Below the pieces are notes generated by a model. It worked only from the letters and a program-made list of their open reading frames with translations, ran no database searches and had not been told where the DNA came from. DNA of 64,000 nt from an uncultured delta proteobacterium (lineage in GTDB: Bacteria; Myxococcota_A; Polyangia; Palsa-1104). Shown piece by piece: positions 32,369 through 41,779 of the stretch. The position numbers and the translations under genes are program-made. The stretch covers positions 85,138 to 149,137 of the forward strand of contig CAWAWS010000029.1 of assembly GCA_963785725.1 (NCBI GenBank). Reading direction: 5' to 3'. Position 1 is the first letter of the stretch; each line of letters begins with the position of its first letter.

Positions 32369-32523
32369 TGTTCGGCCTCCTCGAGACCAAGACCGGCGGC
32401 GGCGTTCGTTTGGTAAAGGCGACACGTTGTCAGACGACGTCGCGTGTCTAGGTTGGCGTGGCCGCTGCGAGCGCTGTGCGCGTTCGTCGGCTGGCAGCAC
32501 GAGACGATGCGAAAGGAGAGCCC

Positions 32524-33003
32524 ATGCGGCCACAGACGGTTCTGCTCCTCGGGGTTTTGCTGTACGGATCGGTCGGTCTGGTGCGCGCCGACGAGCCGGC
32601 GGCCCACACGATGGTGACTCCGGCCGAGCTCAAGTGGGGTGACGCGCCGCCGGTGCTGCCGCCCGGCGCCAAGCTGGCGGTGCTGGCCGGCGATCCGAGT
32701 AAGCCGGGACTGTTCATCATGCGCCTCAAGCTGCCGGCCGGATACAAGATCCCCGCGCATTGGCATCCGACCGACGAGCACATCACGGTGGTGTCGGGGT
32801 CGTTCGCGGCCGGGATGGGCGACAAGCTCGACACGGCGAAGCTGACGGCGCTGCCGCCCGGCGGCTTTGCGACGATGCCGGCCAAGATGCACCACTTCGC
32901 GATGGCCAAGAAGGACACGATCATCGAGCTCACGGCGATCGGTCCCTTTCAGATGACCTATATCAATCCGGCCGACGATCCGACCAAAGCCGCGGCCAAA
33001 TAA
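32524..33003 (+). CDS. Secreted cupin-domain protein (DUF4437-like)
   Basis: Signal peptide; LAGDPSKPG, PAHWHPTDE, MHHFA; AAGGAG RBS. Confidence 0.85.
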   Translation: MRPQTVLLLGVLLYGSVGLVRADEPAAHTMVTPAELKWGDAPPVLPPGAKLAVLAGDPSKPGLFIMRLKLPAGYKIPAHWHPTDEHITVVSGSFAAGMGDKLDTAKLTALPPGGFATMPAKMHHFAMAKKDTIIELTAIGPFQMTYINPADDPTKAAAK

Positions 33004-33208
33004 TCAATTGAGCCACTGACCAGGCGATTAGCCGCTCGTCGGTAATGCTCCGGTCGCGCCGATCGTCGAATGGCGGCGCCGCCAGCGCCGGATGAGCGCC
33101 AACAGGTAGGCGGAAGTCGTCTCCTACTCTTGGGCGGTCGCGGTCGCCGCGCCCCGTCGCGCACTTTTCCGGCAACACTCGCGCGCGCGGCGGCAACAAT
33201 AACGGGCG

Positions 33209-36200
33209 ATGCAGCCGCGCGACGACCTCTCCGCCGAGCAGATCTTGTCCGACAGCGCGTGGCTGCGGCGGCTGGCCGCGCGGCTCGTCAGCGACGCCGC
33301 CGAGCGGGACGAGGTCGTGCAGCGCGTGTGGCTGGAGGCGCTCGCGCACGCGCCGCCGACGGCGAACCTGCGCCCATGGCTGACGACCGTCGCGCGTAAC
33401 GTCGCGCGCATGCGGTTTCGCTCGGACGCGCGCCGGCGCTCGCGCGAAGAGGCGGCCACCGAGCCCGCGCGCGTCGTGACGCCGGAGGAGCTCGTCGATC
33501 GCGTCGAGACCGAGCGCGCGGTCGCCGGCGAGCTGTTGGCGGTGAGCGAGCCCTATCGAACGACGCTGCTCCTCCGCTATTACGAGGATCTGTCGGCGGC
33601 GGACATCGCGCGGCGCCTCGGCGTGCCCGCGGCGACGGTGCGCTCGCGGCTCAAGCGCGGGCTCGACGAGCTGCGCGGCCGGCTCGACACGCGCGCGGGC
33701 GGCGATCGCCGCAGCTGGAGCCTGGCGCTGGTGCCGACCGCGCTGTTGGCGCGCAGCAGCCACGCCATGGCCATTGGAATCGGAGGGCTCTTGATCATGA
33801 AGACGTCGGCGAATCTCGTGGCTGCGGTGGCGCTTCTCGTGGCGTTCGCGCTCGGCGTCGTCGCGCTGCAGCGCCGGCAGTCGCTGTCGGCGGCGGAGCT
33901 GAGTCGGGCGCACGCCGGCGTCGCCTGGCACACCGCGCGCGGTATCGGCACCAGCCTGCGGGCGCCGGCGACGCTCGGCGGCGTCGCCATCCCCGACTGG
34001 TTCGGCCAGCGCGGCGCGCCGATTCGCCGCATCGCCGGCCGCATCACCGTCGACGGCGCGCCCGTCGCCGACGCGCTGGTCGAGCTCGGCAGCGGGCTCT
34101 CCGACGCCGGTGTCTTGCCGACGGCCACGCGGCGAACCGCAGCCGATGGCCGCTTCGATTTCGGCGTCCTGCCACCGGCGCGCTATACGCTGGCCGCGAG
34201 CAAAGCCGACCACAGCCCGGCGGTGCGCGAGCTCGACACGCGCGATCCGACGATCGCCGCCGATCGCGTCGAGCTGCGTCTCGGCGGCTGCGCGGCGCGC
34301 CTGTTCGGCCAGGTGAGCGACACCTCGGGCGGACCGATCGTCGGCGCGCGCCTGTGCTACGCGCCGCCGCGGGCGGCCGCGTGCGTCCTCAGCGACGGCA
34401 GCGGCGCCTATCGCATGTGCCTGACTCCGGCGCAGCAGTGGGTCGAGGTGACGGCCAAAGGCTACGGCGCCGTCGACGCCAGCGTCTACCCGATGAATCG
34501 TCCGGCGCGGCGCGACTTCTCGCTCACGCCCGAGTCGATCGTCGTCGGCCGCGTCGTGCGCGCCGACGACGGCAGCCCCATCGCGCGGGCGAGCGTGCGC
34601 AGCGCCTCGGGTGAGCTCGGCCGGCGCGTGGCCGCACCCAACGCCGCCGTCACCGACGAGCGCGGCCGCTTCACGCTCAGCGGGCTGGCGCCGGGAAGAC
34701 ATCGGCTGTTCGCCTTTGCCAATGGGCTGGCCGCCGTCGATCCGACCGAGGTCACGGTCGAGGCGGGCAGGACCTCGGCCGAGATCGTCCTTCGCCTCGG
34801 CGCCGCGGCGCGCATCAGCGGCGTCGTCACCGATGGCCGGCAGCCGGTCGCCGGCGCGCGCATCTCCGTCGACGGCGGCACGCCCATCATGGGCGGCGCG
34901 GTGGCCGTCGCCCGCGTCGACGCCGTCACGCAGCCCGACGGGACCTTCACGCTCGAAGCCGCCCCGCGTGGCAGCGTGCGCTTCTTGGTCGACGGCTACG
35001 AGGTGGCTTCGCCGACGACGCTCGTCCTCGATCGCCCGCAGCTGGAGGGCGTGCGCGTCGTCGTGCGGGCGCTCGGCTCGATCGCGGGCCACGTCACGCG
35101 CAAGAACCGTCCGGTCCCGGACGTCAACGTCGACGTCGGCCTCTTCGTGGGCGACGGCACGCCGGTCGTCAGCGACGATGACGGCGCCTACGTCGTGCGC
35201 GGCCTGCGCGCCGGCAAATACATCGTCAACGCCGAGCAGCACGCCGCGGGCATCGGCGGCCTGTCGTCGCCGGTCATGCTCGCCGCCGGTGAGCAGCGGA
35301 CGGGCGTCGACCTCGAGCTGAGCTATGCCGGCGCCATCTCCGGCACCGTCGTCGAGCAAGACGGCACGCCGGCGAGCGGTGTCCGCGTCAACTTCACGGC
35401 GCTGCATAAGCCCGACATGGGCGAGGCGCTCACCGGCGCCGACGGCACCTTCCGCTTGGGCACGCTCGGCGGCAACGACGACTACCGTGGCGACGTGCGC
35501 TCGGTGCTCGACGAGCGGCACCACTTCGCGCCGGCCGACGGCGCCTATCCGACCGTCTTCGTGCCCGACAACGACAGCGAAGTCAGCGGCGTCACTATCG
35601 TCATCAAGCGCCAGCACCTCTCGATCGAGGGCACGACCGTCGACGGCAATGGGCAGCCGGTGAGCGACGTGCACGTCGTCGCCTTCCGCGCCGCCGACGA
35701 CAGCGAGCGCTTCAACATGAGCGTCGTCGAGCGTCCCAGCGCCATGTCCGCGGTCGACGGAACCTTCAGCATCGGCGACGTCGACTCGGGCCGCTTCGTC
35801 CTGCGCGCCCGCGCCGGCGACGGCAGCGAAGGCAGCGTCAACGCCAGCGCCGGGCAGAAGGGCGTCGTCGTGCCCTTGTCGGCGTCGGGCGGCATCGACG
35901 GCACGCTCATCGGCTTCGCCACGCCGCCGCAGGTCTACGCGCGCCTCGACGTCTCCTACATCCCGGCGCCGCGAAACTTCGCCACCGTCGACGACACCGG
36001 CTTCCATGTGCGCGGCCTGCCGCCCGGGCCCTATCTCGTCGACGCCGGCGGTGACGCGGCGACGGTGCAGGTCGACAGCGGCCAGATCGCCAACGTGACA
36101 CTGACCAATCGCGGCGGCGGCACGATCCGCGGCCGCGTCGTCGATTGGCGCTCGGGCGCGCCCGTCGAAGGCCTGCGCTGCACGCCGTCGCTCATCGGCC

Positions 36201-36682
36201 AACAGACCTTCGCCTTCCCCAACGGTCAGCCCGGCTACAGCGACGCCGACGGCAACTTCACGATCGAAGGCGTCACCGCCGGCGAGCTCATCGTCCTCTG
36301 CTACGGCTCGCCGACGTGGTCCGACGGCGACGCCAAGGTCACGCTCGCCGGCGGCGGCAGCGCGAGCTGCGAAGTCCCGGTCGTCCACAGCGAGCTCGGC
36401 GGCCTGGGCGCGGTCGCTTGGCTCGGCGCCGAGATCGGGATGGACACCGCGCTCGTGGTCAGCCTCATCGGCGTCAAGCCCAAGAGCCCCGCCGATCGCG
36501 CCGGCCTACGCAAAGGCGACGTGCTCGCCAGCGTCGACGGAAACTCTGTCAGCAAGCTGACGCCGCTCGGCAACGAGCTCGCCATCCGCGACCACGCGCC
36601 CGGCACGCACGTCAGCGTCGGCGTCATGCGCGGCGGTCAGCCGCTCGCCTTCGACGTCGTCCTCGGCACCGAGAACGAGTAG
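33209..36682 (+). CDS. ECF sigma factor fused to a TM helix, carboxypeptidase-regulatory/Cna-B-like repeats and a C-terminal PDZ domain
   Basis: Region 2 DEVVQ...WLTTVARN; region 4 LRYYEDLS..DIA..LG...TVRSRLKRG; TM near aa 200-220; repeated I.G.V...G.P.....TD..G.F; PDZ SPADRAGLRKGDVLASVDG. Confidence 0.85.
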   Translation: MQPRDDLSAEQILSDSAWLRRLAARLVSDAAERDEVVQRVWLEALAHAPPTANLRPWLTTVARNVARMRFRSDARRRSREEAATEPARVVTPEELVDRVETERAVAGELLAVSEPYRTTLLLRYYEDLSAADIARRLGVPAATVRSRLKRGLDELRGRLDTRAGGDRRSWSLALVPTALLARSSHAMAIGIGGLLIMKTSANLVAAVALLVAFALGVVALQRRQSLSAAELSRAHAGVAWHTARGIGTSLRAPATLGGVAIPDWFGQRGAPIRRIAGRITVDGAPVADALVELGSGLSDAGVLPTATRRTAADGRFDFGVLPPARYTLAASKADHSPAVRELDTRDPTIAADRVELRLGGCAARLFGQVSDTSGGPIVGARLCYAPPRAAACVLSDGSGAYRMCLTPAQQWVEVTAKGYGAVDASVYPMNRPARRDFSLTPESIVVGRVVRADDGSPIARASVRSASGELGRRVAAPNAAVTDERGRFTLSGLAPGRHRLFAFANGLAAVDPTEVTVEAGRTSAEIVLRLGAAARISGVVTDGRQPVAGARISVDGGTPIMGGAVAVARVDAVTQPDGTFTLEAAPRGSVRFLVDGYEVASPTTLVLDRPQLEGVRVVVRALGSIAGHVTRKNRPVPDVNVDVGLFVGDGTPVVSDDDGAYVVRGLRAGKYIVNAEQHAAGIGGLSSPVMLAAGEQRTGVDLELSYAGAISGTVVEQDGTPASGVRVNFTALHKPDMGEALTGADGTFRLGTLGGNDDYRGDVRSVLDERHHFAPADGAYPTVFVPDNDSEVSGVTIVIKRQHLSIEGTTVDGNGQPVSDVHVVAFRAADDSERFNMSVVERPSAMSAVDGTFSIGDVDSGRFVLRARAGDGSEGSVNASAGQKGVVVPLSASGGIDGTLIGFATPPQVYARLDVSYIPAPRNFATVDDTGFHVRGLPPGPYLVDAGGDAATVQVDSGQIANVTLTNRGGGTIRGRVVDWRSGAPVEGLRCTPSLIGQQTFAFPNGQPGYSDADGNFTIEGVTAGELIVLCYGSPTWSDGDAKVTLAGGGSASCEVPVVHSELGGLGAVAWLGAEIGMDTALVVSLIGVKPKSPADRAGLRKGDVLASVDGNSVSKLTPLGNELAIRDHAPGTHVSVGVMRGGQPLAFDVVLGTENE

Positions 36683-36801
36683 GCGCCGCTTTCGCGTCCC
36701 GGCGGCAACGGTCGGTCCGGCACCCATGACGCCTGCCGAATTGTTGCGACATTCCCCCTCTGCCTGGCTCTTGCCATCGAACCAATAGTCACCGAGGGCT
36801 C

Positions 36802-38556
36802 ATGAACGACCGTAACTTGGCTTTTTCCATGCCGTACGCGACGGCGCATCGGCGCGCGCGGCGGCTCGATTGGCTGCTCGGCCCGCGCCGGCAGCGGCTC
36901 GACCGGCGTGCCTCAGTCGCGCTCCGTTCGCTCTGCCTCGTGACGGTCGCTCTCGCCGGCTGCGACGTGGCGCGCGGCCGATTCGGCGACATGACGCTGC
37001 CCGCCGACTGCAATTCGAGCTGCCCCTCCGGCTACAGCTGCGACAACGGGACCTGCGTCGGCGGCAACGCGCAGTCGCTCGACTTCGACCTCTCCACCTT
37101 TCCCGTCACGGCGACGCTGACCATCGACGGCCAGGCGCCGCTCGCCGGCAGCGGCTGCTCCGGCAACCAGGTGGACGTCGACTTCTCCGAAGGCGCGCCG
37201 CCCAAGAGCTTCTTCGATCCGATCGTCGGCTCGCTCGTCGACGCGCCCATGGCCTGCGACGACAGCGACGGCGCGGTCGCCACGCGCTTGCCGGCCGGGC
37301 AGTATCGCGTGCTGGCGTCGCGCGCCGACAGCAACACGTCGTTCCCCGAGGCCACCGTCACGCTGCAGAGCACGCTCGCCGTCAAAGCCGCGGTCACGCA
37401 GACGTGGGACGTGACGACGGTGCCGGTCAGCGGCGTGCTCACCATCGACGGCCAGCCGCCGGTGGCCGGCAGCGGCTGCTCGGGCAACCACGTCGATATC
37501 AGCTTCATCGACGACAGCGGCGGATCGTTCACGACCAGCATCCCGTGCAGCGACGCGAGCGGCACCTTCGGCACGCGCGTCGCTCCCGGCAGCTATCGCG
37601 TCATCGCCACGCGCGCCGACAGCAACACGACGTTTCCCGCGGCCAGCGTCGTCGTCAAGTCGAGCTTCCAGCTGTCGGGCGCCAGCGCCGGGTTGGCGTG
37701 GAACGTGGCGACGGTGCCGGTCAGCGGCGTCGTCACCATCGACGGTCAGCCGCCGGTGGCCGGCAGCGGCTGCTCCGGCGACCACGTCACGGTCGCCTTC
37801 GTCGACGACGCGGGCGCGTCCTACTCGGCCAGCATCGCCTGCGACGTCGCCACCGGCGCCTTCGCCACGCGCGTCGCCGCCGGCACCTATCGCGTGCTCG
37901 CCAGCCGCGCCGACAGCAACACCAGCTTTCCCGCCGCCACCGTCGTCTTGCAGAGCAGCTTCACCGCCGCCGGCGCCGTCAGCGGCCTCCACTGGAACGT
38001 CGACACGATTCCCGTCAGCGGCGTCGTCACCATCGACGGTCAGCCGCCGGTGGCCGGCAGCGGCTGCTCCGGCGACCACGTCACGGTCGCCTTCGTCGAC
38101 GATGCGGGCGCGTCGTACTCGGCCAGCATCGCCTGCGAGGTCGCCACCGGCGCCTTCGCCACGCGCGTCGCCGCCGGCACCTACCGCGTGCTCGCCAGCC
38201 GCGCCGACAGCAACACCAGCTTCCCCGAGGCCACGCTGGCGCTCGCTGGCGCCTTCTCGGCGACGAGCACGCCGCAGCAATGGAACGTCGTCACCGTTCC
38301 CGTCAGCGGTCACGTGCTCGTCGATGGCCAGCCGCCCATCGCCGGCAGCGCCTGCTCCGGCGATCAAGTGCGCGTCACCTTCTTCGATGCGATCGGCGGC
38401 TCGTACGACTACTCCATCCCGTGCACCGACGCGACGGGCGCGTTCGCGCTGCGCCTCGCCGCCGGGACGTATCACGCCTTGGCCTCGCGCACCGACTCCA
38501 ACACCAGCTTCCCCGACGCGACCTTCACGCTCGTCGACGCCATCGCCATTCACTGA
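36802..38556 (+). CDS. Lipoprotein with five tandem ~98-aa beta-sandwich-like repeats (start uncertain)
   Basis: Lipobox LAGC, Cys-rich motif, then repeats VSG..TIDGQPP.AGSGCSG...C...G.F.TR...G.YRV.A.RADSNT.FP. Confidence 0.8.
   Translation: MNDRNLAFSMPYATAHRRARRLDWLLGPRRQRLDRRASVALRSLCLVTVALAGCDVARGRFGDMTLPADCNSSCPSGYSCDNGTCVGGNAQSLDFDLSTFPVTATLTIDGQAPLAGSGCSGNQVDVDFSEGAPPKSFFDPIVGSLVDAPMACDDSDGAVATRLPAGQYRVLASRADSNTSFPEATVTLQSTLAVKAAVTQTWDVTTVPVSGVLTIDGQPPVAGSGCSGNHVDISFIDDSGGSFTTSIPCSDASGTFGTRVAPGSYRVIATRADSNTTFPAASVVVKSSFQLSGASAGLAWNVATVPVSGVVTIDGQPPVAGSGCSGDHVTVAFVDDAGASYSASIACDVATGAFATRVAAGTYRVLASRADSNTSFPAATVVLQSSFTAAGAVSGLHWNVDTIPVSGVVTIDGQPPVAGSGCSGDHVTVAFVDDAGASYSASIACEVATGAFATRVAAGTYRVLASRADSNTSFPEATLALAGAFSATSTPQQWNVVTVPVSGHVLVDGQPPIAGSACSGDQVRVTFFDAIGGSYDYSIPCTDATGAFALRLAAGTYHALASRTDSNTSFPDATFTLVDAIAIH
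37102..38550 (+). repeat. Five intragenic direct repeats of 288-321 bp
   Basis: Units start at about 37102, 37423, 37717, 38011 and 38299; units 3 and 4 are nearly identical in DNA. Confidence 0.9.
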
Positions 38557-38605
38557 CGCAGGTTAAGTCTCACCGCTAAGTAAACGCGTGTTTACTTGGC
38601 TGGCG

Positions 38606-39330
38606 TCAGGTGTCGGTCGAGACGTCGTCCCAGTCGCGGTCGAAGTAGCCGACGAGCCAGTTGAGCGCGTAGTGACGCTCTCTGACCACGCTCGATCGAG
38701 GCCGGCGCAGCCCGACTCGCCGTTCAACCTGGCCTCGCGCACGGCCCAGTGATAGCGGTAGACGAGGTCGGTCTCGTCGAGGATTTCCGTCGCCGATCGC
38801 AGCCGCGACTGCGCGCGCAGCTTCGCTTCGCCGCGATCGAGCAGCTCGCGGCCCACCAGCGCCGGATCGACCTGGCGTTCGGGCCGCGCCAGCGCCGGCA
38901 CGAAGCCGAGCGCCCACAACAGAACGTGCAGCCCCTCGTAGCGCCACGAAAGCTGCACGCGCGCGCGGTCGGTCGGCTCCGCGATCGAACGCGCGCTCGT
39001 CCGGCGTCAGCTTGGCGGCGACGCGAAACTCGTCCATGAAGCGCCGCATCACGGGCTCGGGCGCGTGGATCCCACGCCGCCGACAGCCAACAGCGCGATC
39101 GCCCGTCGACGCGCGTGCGCGCCAGCTCGCCGCTCCGCCACGCCCTCGATGTCCGGCAGATGATCGCATCGTCGGCACGCCTTCGCGCCGCCGGCCGCGC
39201 CAGCCAACGCGCCCTGCGCTCCAACGCCGCCCGAGTCGGAGTGCGCCTCCATTGGGTTGCTCCTCGCTGCGCGCCATCGTTGCTATCCGCCGTGGCAGGC
39301 GAGTCGATCGCGCCTTGAGCAACGACGTCA
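38606..39330 (-). pseudogene. DUF4272-like gene broken by multiple frameshifts
   Basis: Fragments in different frames: EGVP..HLPDIE, QLSWRYEGLHVLLWALG, EILDETDLVYRYHWA, VVRERHYALNWL...DWDDVSTDT. Confidence 0.7.
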
Positions 39331-39364
39331 TCCCCATCGCGCGCGGAAGATGGCGACGGGCGGT

Positions 39365-39533
39365 GAGGCACGTCGAGCACGACCAGATCGGGGCGATGGC
39401 GCAGCAGCAGCACGCCGACACCGAACGGCGAATGGTGGCTGATCACTTTGAGGCCGCGCTGCGTGAGATAGGCCGCCGCTTGACCGATGAGCACTTCGTT
39501 GTCGTCGACGAGCAAGATCGTGGCGCCGAGCAT
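39365..39533 (-). pseudogene. Truncated response-regulator receiver domain
   Basis: TILLVDDN...PDLVVLDV, after which similarity stops abruptly with no KP motif. Confidence 0.65.
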
Positions 39534-39826
39534 CACCCGCAGTATTCGTCAGCCTTCGCCGATCGCTGAGCCTTCGGGGAAATTGTCGCGAATCCGTCAT
39601 GCAGATGTCGCGTGCGTGTCGTCGCTTGTGGGTCGCCGTCGCAGCGGCGCCGACGCCGGCGATCGCGCCGTCTGCCGTCCGGCCATTCCGCGCGCCCGCA
39701 GTTATCGCCGAGATCGTCTCCAATGCGAGACAACCTACTGTTTTAATTGCGTATTCGTTGCAGAAGGTTTCGTTTGCGCTTGGACTGCGCTTGGTAGATC
39801 GGCTGACAATGGCTGGTGGAGCTCGC

Positions 39827-41068
39827 ATGAACGCGCGTCGTCTATCGATCGGGTCCGGAGTCGCAACGCTGGGGCTGCTGCTGGGCGCCTCTTGTCACGC
39901 GCCCGAGCACGGCGCGCCCGACGCCGGTCACGCGCAGCCGTCGCGCGATCTGTCGGTCACGCTGCCGACCGACGCGGCCGCGCCGTTCGACATGCCCGCG
40001 GCGCTGTCGTTCGACATGACGTCGTTCGACATGACGAAGCCGCCCGTGACGACGCTCGACATGACGCAGCCGCCGGCGCCGCGCGACGTGACGTTCTACG
40101 TCGTCGCCGACACGCACAACGATCCGGCGCCCGAGCCGCAAGCGTTCGACGAGCGGGCCACGGCGCGCGCCGTCGACGCCGTGGCCGCCAGCGGGCAGTG
40201 GCCGGCGACGATCGGCGGCACGGCGACCGGCTTCGTCGGCGGCAAGATCGCGCCGCCGTTCGGCGTCGTCTTCGCCGGCGACTTGACCGGCTGGGGCACC
40301 GCGCCCACCGAGATCCCCGAGTTTCGCCACTACTACGAGATGGGCAACAGCAGCGACAGCATCCATTATCCGGCCTATCTCGGGCTCGGCAACCACGACA
40401 TCGACACCGCCGATCGCACCGACGCCGTCGCCACCGCTTATCGCGCGACCTATTGGGCGTGGATCGACTCGCGGCATAACGGCGCCAACGCGCCCGTGCC
40501 GGCGGGCAACTTCGACGCCGCCAGCCACGCCTATTCGTGGGACGTCGGCGGCGTGCACTTCATCCAGGTGCACCGCTTCGCCGGCGACGCCGAGTATGGC
40601 TTGACCTCGGCGTTGCCGTTCTTGGCCTCCGATCTGGCGGCCCACGCCGCCGACGGCCGGCCCGTCTTCATCTTCCACCACTACGGCATGGACGCGTTCG
40701 GCACCAACGGCCAATGGTGGACGGACGCCGATCGCACGGCTTATCGGGCGGCGCTGAGCGGCTACAACATCGCCGGCATCTTCACCGGCCACACGCACTT
40801 CGCCGAGGACATGTACGTGTGGCAGGGCATTCGCGTCTTCCAGGTCAACAACGCCAAGGCCGAGATCAACACCGGCAACAACGACGGCAACGGCTCCTTC
40901 GCGGTCGTGCGCATCACCGACTCGCGGCTCGACGTCGTCACCTGCCGCTGGCTCGACGATCAGGGCAACTACGAGCTCATCACGCCGTTCTACAGCAGCG
41001 ACGCCAATCCCGGTCCGGCGTTGGTCGGTCCCGGCCCCAAGCGCAAGAGCTTCCCCGTCGGCGACTGA
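39827..41068 (+). CDS. Calcineurin-like metallophosphoesterase lipoprotein
   Basis: Lipobox GASC; DTH, GDL, GNHD, FHH, GHTH. Confidence 0.88.
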   Translation: MNARRLSIGSGVATLGLLLGASCHAPEHGAPDAGHAQPSRDLSVTLPTDAAAPFDMPAALSFDMTSFDMTKPPVTTLDMTQPPAPRDVTFYVVADTHNDPAPEPQAFDERATARAVDAVAASGQWPATIGGTATGFVGGKIAPPFGVVFAGDLTGWGTAPTEIPEFRHYYEMGNSSDSIHYPAYLGLGNHDIDTADRTDAVATAYRATYWAWIDSRHNGANAPVPAGNFDAASHAYSWDVGGVHFIQVHRFAGDAEYGLTSALPFLASDLAAHAADGRPVFIFHHYGMDAFGTNGQWWTDADRTAYRAALSGYNIAGIFTGHTHFAEDMYVWQGIRVFQVNNAKAEINTGNNDGNGSFAVVRITDSRLDVVTCRWLDDQGNYELITPFYSSDANPGPALVGPGPKRKSFPVGD

Positions 41069-41188
41069 GCCGCTCGGCGGTCGCCGCGGTCGCGCGCGGC
41101 GGCGCGGATCGGCGCGCGCAGCAGACCTGCGCTTCGTCGGTGGCGACGTTTTGCGCGCGTGTTTTCACGCCTTTGATATGATCGTGGG

Positions 41189-41779
41189 ATGTCGCGACTC
41201 ATCCACGTCCTCGTGATCCTCGTGATCGCGACGCGCGTCGTCTATGCCGCCGATGACCCGAACATGGCGCGCAAGCTGTTCATGTCGGGCACCAAGCACT
41301 TCGATCTCGGCGAATACGAGCAGGCGCTGAGCGACTTCAAGGAAGCCTATCGAATCAAGGACGATCCGGTGCTGCTCTTCAACATCGGGCAGTGCCATCG
41401 CATGCTGAAGCACAACGAAGACGCGGTGCACGCCTACAAGTCCTATTTGTCGCGGGCGAGCGACGCGGTCAATCGCGCCGACGTGGAGCGCAAGATCGCG
41501 GCGCTGCAAGAGGCCATCGACAAGCAGAATCGCGCCGCCGAGATGCCGTCGCACGATGTCATGCAGCACGATCAGGCGCCGCCGCCCGCGGTCGCGCCGC
41601 CGCCGGCGCCCGTCGTCGTGGTCGCGGCGCCGGTCGCCGAGCCGGAGCGCCGGCCGATCTATAAACGCTGGTGGCTGTGGACGGCCGTCGGTGGCGTGGT
41701 CGTCGTCGGGCTCGGTGTCGGGCTCGGCGTCGGCCTCACGCAGCACAAAGACAGCGTGTTTCCGGCGGTGAGCTACTGA
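41189..41779 (+). CDS. Secreted TPR protein with a C-terminal TM segment (myxobacterial type)
   Basis: Signal peptide, TPR LLFNIGQCHR, PIYKRWWLW followed by a hydrophobic helix. Confidence 0.85.
   Translation: MSRLIHVLVILVIATRVVYAADDPNMARKLFMSGTKHFDLGEYEQALSDFKEAYRIKDDPVLLFNIGQCHRMLKHNEDAVHAYKSYLSRASDAVNRADVERKIAALQEAIDKQNRAAEMPSHDVMQHDQAPPPAVAPPPAPVVVVAAPVAEPERRPIYKRWWLWTAVGGVVVVGLGVGLGVGLTQHKDSVFPAVSY

Noticed and set aside
32963..36388. 1141-aa antisense ORF and similar long shadow ORFs (e.g. 6058..8724 upstream part, 22637..25072, 47738..49615)
   Set aside because: Arg/Ala-rich, motif-free translations overlapping well-supported genes, as expected from stop-codon scarcity in high-GC DNA.
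37102..38550. Long direct repeats as a CRISPR array or mobile element
   Set aside because: Units are ~290 bp, in frame and protein coding, with no unique spacers and no cas or transposase gene.
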